This document shows positions 15,470-23,725 of a stretch of 49,201 nucleotides of DNA, piece by piece. Within the stretch, counting starts at the first letter, position 1; the number at the start of each line of letters is the position of its first letter. A program made the translations under genes and the position numbers. The stretch comes from Elusimicrobiota bacterium (GTDB lineage Bacteria; Elusimicrobiota; Elusimicrobia; Elusimicrobiales; UBA9959): contig JAKLQJ010000202.1 in assembly GCA_022013385.1 (NCBI GenBank), forward strand, positions 1 through 49,201, in the 5' to 3' direction. The notes beneath the pieces are model-generated. The model worked only from the letters and a program-made list of their open reading frames with translations, did no database searches and was not told the DNA's origin.

Positions 15470-17167
15470 CTATTTGGAATAATCCGGTAGTTTCTTGCCG
15501 ACTTTATAAAGCAAGCCCGCCATTACCAGAAGGCAAACAATATTCAATATCCAAGGGTTTAGTCCGAAGCCCGCCGGCAAATAACCCAAAAGAAGACATA
15601 CCGCAGCTGTTGAAAGGGCATAGGTTATTTGCGTGCGGACATGGTCTATATGGTCTACCGCGCTGCCGATTGAAGATAATATGGTAGTGTCCGATATCGG
15701 CGAGCAGTGATCTCCGAAAACCGAACCCGAAAGAACGGTTCCGACTGTGGCATATAAAATATTCATGGATTGCTCGGGCGAAAAATCGACGGCAATTGCC
15801 ATTGTATGTGCGAGCGGAACGGCAATCGGAAAGATTATCGCCATAGTCCCCCATGATGTTCCCGTTGCAAACGCGATAGAAGCCGATGCGACAAATATAG
15901 CGGCAGGCAATGCCCAGACGGGCAAAGCGCCGGAAAGAAGCTGAGTTACATATTGCGCCGTTCCGATTTCCTTTGTAACGCCGCCGATAGCCCAAGCAAG
16001 CGATAAAACAAGCACTGCCATAAGCATTGATTTTACTCCTGAAAACCACGCGTTCATTGATTCTTTAAATGAAAGAGCGCGCAATGCGAGAGCTAAAAGC
16101 AATGCTGTTAAACTGGAAGCTAAGGATGCCCATAATAAAGCTTTAAAAGAATTGGCATTGCCGAGTATATCGCGCATACTTATATTTTTAGCGGCTTCCC
16201 CCCCTTTTGCCGCTATCTCATGAAGGCCGCTGCCGATAAGCCCGACTATAACCGCGCCGATAAGCACAATTACCGGCACAATGGCGAGAGCCGCCGTTCT
16301 TTGAACAGGCGGTTTTTTATTATCAAAATCAGTACTTTCACTTAAGGGGTTTGAACCCGGGCGAAGCGGCTGGTTTTTATTTATTGCTCTTTGTTCTGCT
16401 TCTAACATAGAGCCAAAATCCCGTTTCATGAATATTGTAAGAGGAATAAACAGTAATATTATTACCACATAGAATCTATATGGTATGGAATTCAGAAATA
16501 CCATATAAGCGTCGCCTTGAATTTGAGCGCTTTTCATAGCGTCCGATATAAGGCCAAGTTCAAATCCTATCCATGTTGATACCAGAAATAATGAAGATAC
16601 AGGCGCGGCGGTAGCGTCTATAATGAAAGAAAGTTTTTCTCTTGATATTCTGAATTTATCCGAGAGAGGTCTCATCATATTGCCGACTATCAGGCAATTT
16701 GAATAATCGTCAAAGAAAATGGCTATGCCCATCATCCATGTTGCCAGTTGTACTTTTACTCTTGAGGATACTTTTTTGGCTATTGCCGATACAAAACCCT
16801 CAAGTCCGCCAGAACGCGCTATTAAGCCGACGGTGCCGCCTATTACAAGGGTGAACAATATTATGGAAGAATGGTCGGAATCGGCAACCGCTTTAAGTAT
16901 ATGCGTGTCTAAGGCGGTGAAAAGTCCGATGCCCGCGGCTTTTACCGTTTCAAAGGCATTTGTGGGTTTTAGCGCAAGTGCGGCTCCGACCCATACGCCT
17001 GAAAAAAGTGAAAATAAAACATCGCGTGTTATAAGAGCGAGGGCTATGGCTATTGCCGGCGGCCAAAGAGGAGAGGTGCCGATAAGCGCTTGATGCCCGC
17101 CGAAGATAAGTATTAAAAACGCCGCAGCGCCGAATACCATTAGTGATATATAAAATCTTTTAAGCAT
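15470..17167 (-). CDS. nhaC: Na+/H+ antiporter, NhaC family
   Basis: 565-aa polytopic membrane protein. 'FFDDYSNCLIVGNMMRPLSDKFRISREKLSFIIDATAAPVSS' is characteristic of NhaC-type antiporters. Confidence 0.85.
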   Translation of the reverse strand: MLKRFYISLMVFGAAAFLILIFGGHQALIGTSPLWPPAIAIALALITRDVLFSLFSGVWVGAALALKPTNAFETVKAAGIGLFTALDTHILKAVADSDHSSIILFTLVIGGTVGLIARSGGLEGFVSAIAKKVSSRVKVQLATWMMGIAIFFDDYSNCLIVGNMMRPLSDKFRISREKLSFIIDATAAPVSSLFLVSTWIGFELGLISDAMKSAQIQGDAYMVFLNSIPYRFYVVIILLFIPLTIFMKRDFGSMLEAEQRAINKNQPLRPGSNPLSESTDFDNKKPPVQRTAALAIVPVIVLIGAVIVGLIGSGLHEIAAKGGEAAKNISMRDILGNANSFKALLWASLASSLTALLLALALRALSFKESMNAWFSGVKSMLMAVLVLSLAWAIGGVTKEIGTAQYVTQLLSGALPVWALPAAIFVASASIAFATGTSWGTMAIIFPIAVPLAHTMAIAVDFSPEQSMNILYATVGTVLSGSVFGDHCSPISDTTILSSIGSAVDHIDHVRTQITYALSTAAVCLLLGYLPAGFGLNPWILNIVCLLVMAGLLYKVGKKLPDYSK

Positions 17168-17200
17168 GATCTTTAATGTCTAATATTATATAACAATAGA

Positions 17201-17357
17201 TAGAGGCGGGGAAAAGAATAGAGGCGAATAGAGGCATGGAGGCGTGGAAGAATAGAGGCGAATAGAGGCGTGGAGGTATAAGAGGCATGGAGGTGTGGAA
17301 GCGTGGAAGAATAGCAATAACTTGGCGGTAACAATATTAAAAATCAGAGAGTCCAAA
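17201..17357 (+). repeat. about 160-bp composite repeat, right copy
   Basis: Shares ggaggcgtggaagaatagaggcg, ggtgtggaagcgtgga and cttggcggtaacaatattaaaaatcagagagtccaaac with 15291-15451. Same orientation. Confidence 0.8.
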
Positions 17358-17360
17358 CAA

Positions 17361-17404
17361 AATTAGGCTACAAGGTAATTAGGCAACAAGGCAATAAGGA
17401 ACAG
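17361..17404 (+). repeat. 'GGTAATTAGGCAACAAGG' intergenic module
   Basis: attaggctacaaggtaattaggcaacaaggcaataaggaacag. Confidence 0.75.
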
Positions 17405-17457
17405 AGTCAAAACACAACCCTACACTTTACAACTTTACCCCGATATACATCAGGGTA

Positions 17458-17499
17458 CCATGGGCATGTCATGGGTTTATCCCATGGTTTATCCCATGG
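17458..17499 (+). repeat. 42-bp repeat, copy 2
   Basis: ccatgggcatgtcatgggtttatcccatggtttatcccatgg. Confidence 0.85.
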
Positions 17500-17505
17500 T
17501 AAACT

Positions 17506-18528
17506 CTAAACTTTTGTCAAGGATTGTTCGGTGTATTTGATTATTTTATTCATCATCTCTACTGATTCAACCGGATATTTTCCCGCCGCGCTTTCGCCCG
17601 ATAACATAACATAATCGGAGCCGTCTAAAATGGCGTTTGCCACATCTGAAACCTCGGCTCTTGTGGGCTGAAAGCGTTCGGTCATTGATTCCAGCATTTG
17701 CGTAGCCGTTATGACGGGTTTCTTTTTTAAATTACATTTTTTGATAATGAGTTTCTGAATAATGGGTATTTGGTAAATGGGAAATGATATGCCCATATCT
17801 CCGCGCGCTATCATTATGGCGTCGCTGGCGTCGATTATTTTATCTATATTTTTCACTGCTTCTCGGGCTTCTATCTTGGCTATTATTTTGCAATTCGGGA
17901 GTAGAGACTTTAATATGCTTTTGGCGGCGATAATTTCTTTTTCAGAGCGGACAAATGAAAGGGCGATATAATCCACTTTGTGCTTTATGGCGAATTTCAA
18001 ATCTTTAATGTCATCTTCATTAAGCAAGGGAAAATCCAAGCGCGCTTCGGGGATGTTCACTCCTTTGCGCTCTTTTAAATAGCCGCCAGCCACAACTTCC
18101 GTTTCAATTTTTGTTTTTAAGATTTTTTTAATTTTGAGGCAGATATTGCCGTCGTCAATAAAAATAAAAAAACCTTTTTTAAGCGGCTTTAATGAGCCAC
18201 GATAATCAAACGGGATTATTTTGCCAAAGCCTTCCAGATTTTCTTTAGTAAGATAAACTGTTTGGCGAGTTTTCAAAGATAAAGGTTTCGCCCCTTTAAG
18301 GCGGCCTATTCTTATTCTATTTCCTTTTAAATCCTGAAGAACTTTGATATGGCGGCGATATTTTTTATTGAGCTTTCTTATTATTTTTATTTTGTCCAAA
18401 TGGCTTTTGTCTGAGCCGTGGGAAAAGTTAAGCCGCGCCACATCAAGACCGGATAGAATCATTTTTCGCAAAATGGTTTCTGTTGAAGAGGCGGGGCCAA
18501 GGGTCGCGATTATTTTTGTTTTTGGCAT
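17506..18528 (-). CDS. pyk: pyruvate kinase, short form (A and B domains only)
   Basis: 'KTKIIATLGPAS...LDVARLNFSHGS', 'DLKGNRIRIG', 'IMIARGDMGI', 'VITATQMLESM', 'MLSGESAAGKYP'. The ORF ends about 130 aa earlier than typical bacterial PKs. Confidence 0.85.
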   Translation of the reverse strand: MPKTKIIATLGPASSTETILRKMILSGLDVARLNFSHGSDKSHLDKIKIIRKLNKKYRRHIKVLQDLKGNRIRIGRLKGAKPLSLKTRQTVYLTKENLEGFGKIIPFDYRGSLKPLKKGFFIFIDDGNICLKIKKILKTKIETEVVAGGYLKERKGVNIPEARLDFPLLNEDDIKDLKFAIKHKVDYIALSFVRSEKEIIAAKSILKSLLPNCKIIAKIEAREAVKNIDKIIDASDAIMIARGDMGISFPIYQIPIIQKLIIKKCNLKKKPVITATQMLESMTERFQPTRAEVSDVANAILDGSDYVMLSGESAAGKYPVESVEMMNKIIKYTEQSLTKV

Positions 18529-19442
18529 AAGTCTATGAGTATTTGTTTTGTTCCGTCCACGACATCGGCCATTTTATTATAATCCAGTTTCTCAATAGTA
18601 TCCTGCGGCGTGTGATAATGCGGGGTTCTGAAAAAGGCGGTATCGCATAGCATAATGGCTTTGTAGCCGCATTGCCAGAATGCCCATTGGTCTGAAAGTG
18701 TTATAGCGTTCACTATGGTCGCGGGAGCCCATAATTTTTCAATCGGCAGTTTTGACGCGCTTCTAAAGGATGCGGTCGATTTTTCAAGGAGTTTCCTTGA
18801 AGGCATATTTGAAACCATGCTGAGAAAGTTGCCTGCGCTCGGATAGAAGAATTTTAATACATGAGGATAATTTTGCGATTGCGGCTTATCCGAATAATAG
18901 CCGACCGATTCAAGGCATATCATGGCTTCTATATTTTCGCCGAGTGTTTTGCACATCTTGGCATAGCGCAGACTGCCCATGTCTTTGGTTTTGAAAAAAG
19001 GAGGCTCTTCATTCGCGAAGGCCACAAAGCGCAGTGTTTTATTTGTTTTGATATTTGCAAATAATCTTGCAAGTTCCAGAAGGACAGCTACTGCCGAAGC
19101 ATTATCATCAGCGCCGGGAGTGTCTGAATAGGTGTCATAATGCGCTCCGATGACTATTATGGAGTCTTTATCGGATGAGCCGGGTATTGAAATAATTATA
19201 TTTTCAAAATCCATATCCACCGAATTCGCTTTATAAATCTGCGCATCAATGCTATAGCCGTATTTTTCAAGTTTATATTTTATGTAATTGACGGTTTTCT
19301 TGAGGCCGGATGGATTTAAGTGATTTCTTTTGCCGATATCCCTTGCCAGAATGTTTAGATGTTCGGTGAGATTTTCGGCGACGGAATTCTTTGGAGTATT
19401 TATGGTTGCCGCGCTTATTGCGCTTATATTATTTTTAATCAT
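18510..19442 (-). CDS. M28-family zinc aminopeptidase
   Basis: 'IVIGAHYDTYSDTPGADDNASAVAVLLELAR' and 'FVAFANEEPPF' are M28 metal-ligand motifs. Overlaps the pyk start by 19 nt. Confidence 0.85.
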   Translation of the reverse strand: MIKNNISAISAATINTPKNSVAENLTEHLNILARDIGKRNHLNPSGLKKTVNYIKYKLEKYGYSIDAQIYKANSVDMDFENIIISIPGSSDKDSIIVIGAHYDTYSDTPGADDNASAVAVLLELARLFANIKTNKTLRFVAFANEEPPFFKTKDMGSLRYAKMCKTLGENIEAMICLESVGYYSDKPQSQNYPHVLKFFYPSAGNFLSMVSNMPSRKLLEKSTASFRSASKLPIEKLWAPATIVNAITLSDQWAFWQCGYKAIMLCDTAFFRTPHYHTPQDTIEKLDYNKMADVVDGTKQILIDLCQKQK

Positions 19443-19534
19443 TCTCTTATTATAATAAAAAAAGAACTGTTTTTGATAAACAGTTCCCCTTACAAATTTC
19501 CATTAATAATGAAAATTCGCTAATTAGAATATTT

Positions 19535-19571
19535 TATGTGAGCGCGAAATTCGCGCTCACATAATTTTTTG
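19535..19571. terminator. strong GC hairpin with a T-run downstream of the tal-pgi gene
   Basis: tatgtgagcgcga-aat-tcgcgctcacata followed by attttttg on the plus strand. The U-tract is on the plus strand although the flanking genes are minus-strand, so orientation and function are uncertain. Confidence 0.45.
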
Positions 19572-19594
19572 AGAGAGTGTAAAAAACGGTCAGT

Positions 19595-22500
19595 TTATAC
19601 TATCTTGCAGCGTCGTTTTGTTGAAATGATATACTGTCCGTTTGTTTTAGTCATTCTGGCTGTTAATTGATGAGTGCCCGGAGTATAATTTGTCCAGTCA
19701 TACCACCAATAACCGTCGGAATATCTGCAGGTTTGCCAAGGCTTGTCATCTATGGAGATATCAACTTTCTCGCAATTTAAACCTGTTCCGATTCTTACGG
19801 CATAATGCCAAGAGTTTATGGTTTCAAGATTTTTAGGATAATCTATGACCACATACTCGGTTTTATTCGTCGTTGTTTTTGTGTTCACGGGTCTTACGGT
19901 TTTGTCTGTGTTTCTAACCGTTGTCGTCGTTGTTTTCTTTGTATTTGTGTTTCTGTTTTTTACTGATAGTCTAAGCATTTTTTTCCCCTCCATTATTTTT
20001 TGAGATTTTTTTTTAAGTTTTTTCGGTTTTGAAATCATATTAAGTACATGAGTTAGCGATTTATCGGCCGGGCATTTCAGATCAATCCAAAGCGCGCGTC
20101 TTTTTTTGGCTTCCAAGGCATTAAAATCTCCGATTGCCTGAGCCATCTCAAGTTGGCCGAATGTATAGCTTTCACCAGCTATAATGATGTCTTTTTTTGG
20201 CCTGTTTGTCAATATGAGGAACACTCCGTTATCAGCGCCGCCTTTATGCAATTGGCCTGATGAATGAAGATATCTTGGGCCATAGCCGAATAATGTGGCC
20301 GAAAATGAGCGATCTTTAACGGCTATTCTTAATTTTCTTAACAGGCTGTCAATTTTTTTATCATAGGGAAGATAAGGGAGGATGCCGATATATTCCTTTC
20401 CTTTGACAGCCGAAAAGAATCTTTCAAGCGCATCGCCCGAGTTTCCTGTTTTTTCATTTGAATTTAGGGTTTTAATCTCCGGAGAGAGAAATGCGTCAAA
20501 AAATTTCCCTGAATAATCGGGATTACGGGTTTTAAGTTCGCCTGTTTTCTTTATTGTCTCCAATAATTTCCCCGCAAGCAACTTAGCGTCTTGAACATTT
20601 GGCTGGTCAAAGGGATTTATTCTCATAATGGCGCCCGCGGCCGCCGTGGCTATTTCCCATCGCATAAACTCGGCGCCAATATCATTTAAATTTTCCACTC
20701 GCGTTTCAAGAACAGGTTGTCCGGCTTTAGCTAGGCAGGATAAACCGCGTGAAATGGATTTATCTAGGAGCTCTGTAAGTTTTATGTGAATAAAAAATCT
20801 ATCCGCCTGATATTTTTCGGGCTGGGATATTTCTTCCTGACATATGGGAACCACTCCTTTTCCTTCTTTGCCGAGGCTTTCAGCCACCAATTGTTCTATC
20901 CATAGAGTAAAGGAGCTTATTTTAGCGTGAGTAATTATGGTTAGTTTATCTCTCCTCAAGTCCCATGCTCCGGCTATTATGGCGCCAAGCATGGCGCCGG
21001 GGTTCTGTTTTATTTCGGAAGTTTTGCAAAGATTGGCCATATTAACAGCGCCGTCTATAACGGTTTTTATATCGGCTCCGCATATAGCCGCAGGCACCAG
21101 GCCGAAATATGAAAGAGCGGAGAATCTGCCGCCGATATCCGACGGATTGATGAAAATTTTTCTAAAGTTTTTGGCTTCCCCCAATTTTTCAAGCGATGAT
21201 CCTTTGTCAGTTATAGCCACGAAATGGGACCCGGGATTTTCAATTTTATTTTTAAGCAGGAGATTAAAGAAGTGTTTAAATTGGCTATTGGGTTCTATCG
21301 TTCCGCCCGATTTGCTGGAAAAGATAAACAAGGTTTTTTTGATGTTTATTGAATTAGTGACAGTTTCTATTTGAGCGGGATCGATAGTATCCAGAACAAT
21401 GAGTTTTGGATTTTTTGCTTTCTGGAATATAGAAGAGAAAACTTTCGGCGCTAAACTTGAACCGCCCATGCCCAAGAGAACCGCGTGTGAAAAAGAGGAT
21501 ACTTCCTTGGCGAATTGTTCTATTTCGCCCACTTTATCCCTCATTTTATAGGGTATATCCAGCCAGCCTAGAAAGTTTTCAATCATGGTTTTATGATTGA
21601 TATCATCCTTCCATAAGGACGCGTCTTTAAGCCAGAGCCGTTTTGGGAAATTTATTTTTTTTAGATGTTTTGCCGAACTGATGATTTCAGATATATTTGC
21701 GCCCGAGTATTTTGACATATTGCCTCGTATTGCCGAAGATAAGGCTTGAGTTTTAACAAGAACATACCTAACGACATGGTTATAAGAGCGGATAAATTTT
21801 TTAACACCCTCTTGCTCTAGCGTATTAAATATAGTTTCCAAATTGACGCCCATATCGCGCAATTTAATTAAAATTTTTTCGGCTTCCGCCACGCGAAGTT
21901 CTATTTTTTCTTTATTAACGGTTCCATGGTTTATGAAAGCTTCAAGCGTGGACACAGGCAGAGTATTTACGGTTTCGGGTAGGGCAAGCTCATCTATATA
22001 GAGGGTATCTTTATAATCGGGATTCTTGGTTCCCGTAGAAGCCCATAATAAGCGCTGAGCGCGCGCGCCTTTATCTTTGAGAGCTAAAAATTCAGGGCTT
22101 GAGAAAAAAGCTTTATATTTTTCATAAGTGAGCAAACAATTCGCGATGGCTGTTTTGCCTTTCAGTCTTTTTGCTTTTTCTCTTGCGGTTTTATTTTTTT
22201 TGGATATTTTATCCAGCAATTTATCGATGTGAGTGTCTATTCTGCTCACAAAGAAACTTGCCACTGAGGCAAGTTTGGATATGGGAAGATTATTACTTGT
22301 TCTGTATTGCAGAGCCTGCAAGTAGGCGGCCATGACTTCCTGATATCTTTCAACGGAAAATATCAGCGTTGCGTTTACATTTATGCCGCGTGATAAAAGA
22401 TGCTTAATCGCTCTTACGCCTTCAATAGTCGCCGGCACCTTTATCATTAAATTTTCTCTTTTGGTTCTTTCCCAAAGTTTTTCGGCTTCTTCTATGGTTT

Positions 22501-22855
22501 TTTCATAATCGTCGGCATATAGCGGAGGTATCTCCATGCTGACATAGCCGTCGGTATATTCCGATTTTTTATAGACATCCGACAATATGTCCGCGGCTTT
22601 TTTGATATCTTCAATCATGAGATTTTCAAATATCGCTTCCGCCGATATATTTAGTTTGGCCAGTTTTATAATTGAAGCGTCATAAGCTTTGGATTTAAGC
22701 AGAGCGTTCTCAAAAATTGTCGGATTTGAAGTTAATCCTTTTACGCCCATTTCTTCTATCGCTTTTTTTAGGCTACCATCCATTAAAAAATCTTTTTGGA
22801 TATTGTCTAGCCAAAGACTTTGATTGCTTGATTGGAGTATTTCCAGAAAATTCAT
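19595..22855 (-). CDS. bifunctional transaldolase / glucose-6-phosphate isomerase with a C-terminal Lys/Thr-rich linker and an Ig-like (E-set-like) domain
   Basis: The N-terminal part has transaldolase-like features ('GLTSNPTIF', 'MIKVPAT'). The middle is PGI-like ('LGMGGSSLAP', 'IFSSKSGGTIE', 'GGRFSALS'). The last ~140 aa are KKTTTTTVRN... low complexity, then 'VDISIDDKPWQTCRYSDGYWWYDWTNYTPGTHQLTARM'. Confidence 0.85.
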   Translation of the reverse strand: MNFLEILQSSNQSLWLDNIQKDFLMDGSLKKAIEEMGVKGLTSNPTIFENALLKSKAYDASIIKLAKLNISAEAIFENLMIEDIKKAADILSDVYKKSEYTDGYVSMEIPPLYADDYEKTIEEAEKLWERTKRENLMIKVPATIEGVRAIKHLLSRGINVNATLIFSVERYQEVMAAYLQALQYRTSNNLPISKLASVASFFVSRIDTHIDKLLDKISKKNKTAREKAKRLKGKTAIANCLLTYEKYKAFFSSPEFLALKDKGARAQRLLWASTGTKNPDYKDTLYIDELALPETVNTLPVSTLEAFINHGTVNKEKIELRVAEAEKILIKLRDMGVNLETIFNTLEQEGVKKFIRSYNHVVRYVLVKTQALSSAIRGNMSKYSGANISEIISSAKHLKKINFPKRLWLKDASLWKDDINHKTMIENFLGWLDIPYKMRDKVGEIEQFAKEVSSFSHAVLLGMGGSSLAPKVFSSIFQKAKNPKLIVLDTIDPAQIETVTNSINIKKTLFIFSSKSGGTIEPNSQFKHFFNLLLKNKIENPGSHFVAITDKGSSLEKLGEAKNFRKIFINPSDIGGRFSALSYFGLVPAAICGADIKTVIDGAVNMANLCKTSEIKQNPGAMLGAIIAGAWDLRRDKLTIITHAKISSFTLWIEQLVAESLGKEGKGVVPICQEEISQPEKYQADRFFIHIKLTELLDKSISRGLSCLAKAGQPVLETRVENLNDIGAEFMRWEIATAAAGAIMRINPFDQPNVQDAKLLAGKLLETIKKTGELKTRNPDYSGKFFDAFLSPEIKTLNSNEKTGNSGDALERFFSAVKGKEYIGILPYLPYDKKIDSLLRKLRIAVKDRSFSATLFGYGPRYLHSSGQLHKGGADNGVFLILTNRPKKDIIIAGESYTFGQLEMAQAIGDFNALEAKKRRALWIDLKCPADKSLTHVLNMISKPKKLKKKSQKIMEGKKMLRLSVKNRNTNTKKTTTTTVRNTDKTVRPVNTKTTTNKTEYVVIDYPKNLETINSWHYAVRIGTGLNCEKVDISIDDKPWQTCRYSDGYWWYDWTNYTPGTHQLTARMTKTNGQYIISTKRRCKIV

Positions 22856-22875
22856 TTTAATTCCCCCACTAAGGG

Positions 22876-22936
22876 AGTAACGAGTAATTAGTAATGGGAA
22901 TTTCCCTAATTTATTTGTTGTTAATTACTCGTTACT
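22876..22936 (-). promoter_or_regulatory. 15-bp perfect inverted repeat (long hairpin) between rpiB and tal-pgi
   Basis: agtaacgagtaatta (22876-90) pairs with taattactcgttact (22922-36). The inner part contains gggaa-t-ttccc. On the minus strand it ends 21 nt before the tal-pgi ATG, followed by a GGGGGAA Shine-Dalgarno. Confidence 0.5.
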
Positions 22937-22998
22937 GCTCACTACTTCTAACACTCTCCTATTCTTTTACTTTGCTTTGTTTCAAGTTCGAACTAAAT

Positions 22999-23451
22999 TC
23001 AAATCTGATTACTTTCAAAATCGTTTACTTTTGCCAATCTTCTTTTATGGTGCTCTTCATTTGAAAATTTTGCGCCCAAAAAAGCTTTGATTATCTCTTC
23101 GGCAAGGGCGATGCCTATTACGCGCGCTCCCATGCAAAGAGTATTCATATCATCATGTTCCACCGCTTGATGCGCCGAATATGTGTCATGACACAGACCC
23201 GCTCTTATGCCTTTAAATTTATTTGCCGCTATAGAAGCGCCGACGCCGCTACCGCATATTATTATTCCTCTTTGGGCTTTGCCCGAAAGTATTTCAAGCG
23301 CGACTTTTTTGGCAAAATCGGGATAATCCACGGATTTATCTGAGGAATCTGTTCCGAGATCTATTGCCGTATGGCCGAGTTTTTTTACAATTTCTAAAAT
23401 TTGAGATTTAAGGATAAATCCCGCATGATCGCTGGCTATGGCTATGTTCAT
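22999..23451 (-). CDS. rpiB: ribose-5-phosphate isomerase B (RpiB/LacA/LacB family)
   Basis: 'IAIASDHAGF', 'GIIICGSGVGASIAANKFKGIRA', 'HDDMNTLCMGARVIG'. 150 aa. Confidence 0.9.
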   Translation of the reverse strand: MNIAIASDHAGFILKSQILEIVKKLGHTAIDLGTDSSDKSVDYPDFAKKVALEILSGKAQRGIIICGSGVGASIAANKFKGIRAGLCHDTYSAHQAVEHDDMNTLCMGARVIGIALAEEIIKAFLGAKFSNEEHHKRRLAKVNDFESNQI

Positions 23452-23488
23452 GGGTATATTTTAGCATAAAAAAAGAAAGGGTATAGTT

Positions 23489-23531
23489 GTTAGGCGACAA
23501 GGTAATTAGGCAACATGGCAACAAGGAACAG
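23489..23531 (+). repeat. 'GGTAATTAGGCAACAAGG' intergenic module
   Basis: gttaggcgacaaggtaattaggcaacatggcaacaaggaacag, 38-80 bp upstream of the rpiB start. Confidence 0.75.
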
Positions 23532-23667
23532 CGCCAAAGCTGGTTGCTAAACTACTTTAGCAATTAGTGCTCTCTGCGGACTAAACCGTCTTGGCAGTTA
23601 GACAGCGAGGCAGAATGAGAGCCTAAGTGAATAGCCTCCCTCATGAAGCTTTTTATACTTTTAATAT

Positions 23668-23704
23668 AAAAAAGAGCGCGTTCGAAATAATTCGAACGCG
23701 CTCC
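23668..23704 (-). terminator. rho-independent terminator of the Cys-rich ORF-gdhA transcript
   Basis: Minus strand reads ggagcgcgttcgaa-ttat-ttcgaacgcgctc followed by TTTTTT. Begins 22 nt after the gdh stop. Confidence 0.75.
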
Positions 23705-23725
23705 AGTGACTTCTTGTAAAACAGA

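Noticed and set aside
15504-16049. 181-aa alternative-frame ORF inside nhaC
   Set aside because: Same strand but out of frame with a full-length polytopic transporter. The translation is Arg/Cys/Gly-rich, typical of an off-frame reading of a GC-richer membrane-protein gene.
19535-19571. Calling this hairpin the definitive tal-pgi terminator
   Set aside because: The U-tract is on the plus strand while both neighbouring genes are on the minus strand. It is retained only as a low-confidence, orientation-ambiguous terminator or hairpin.
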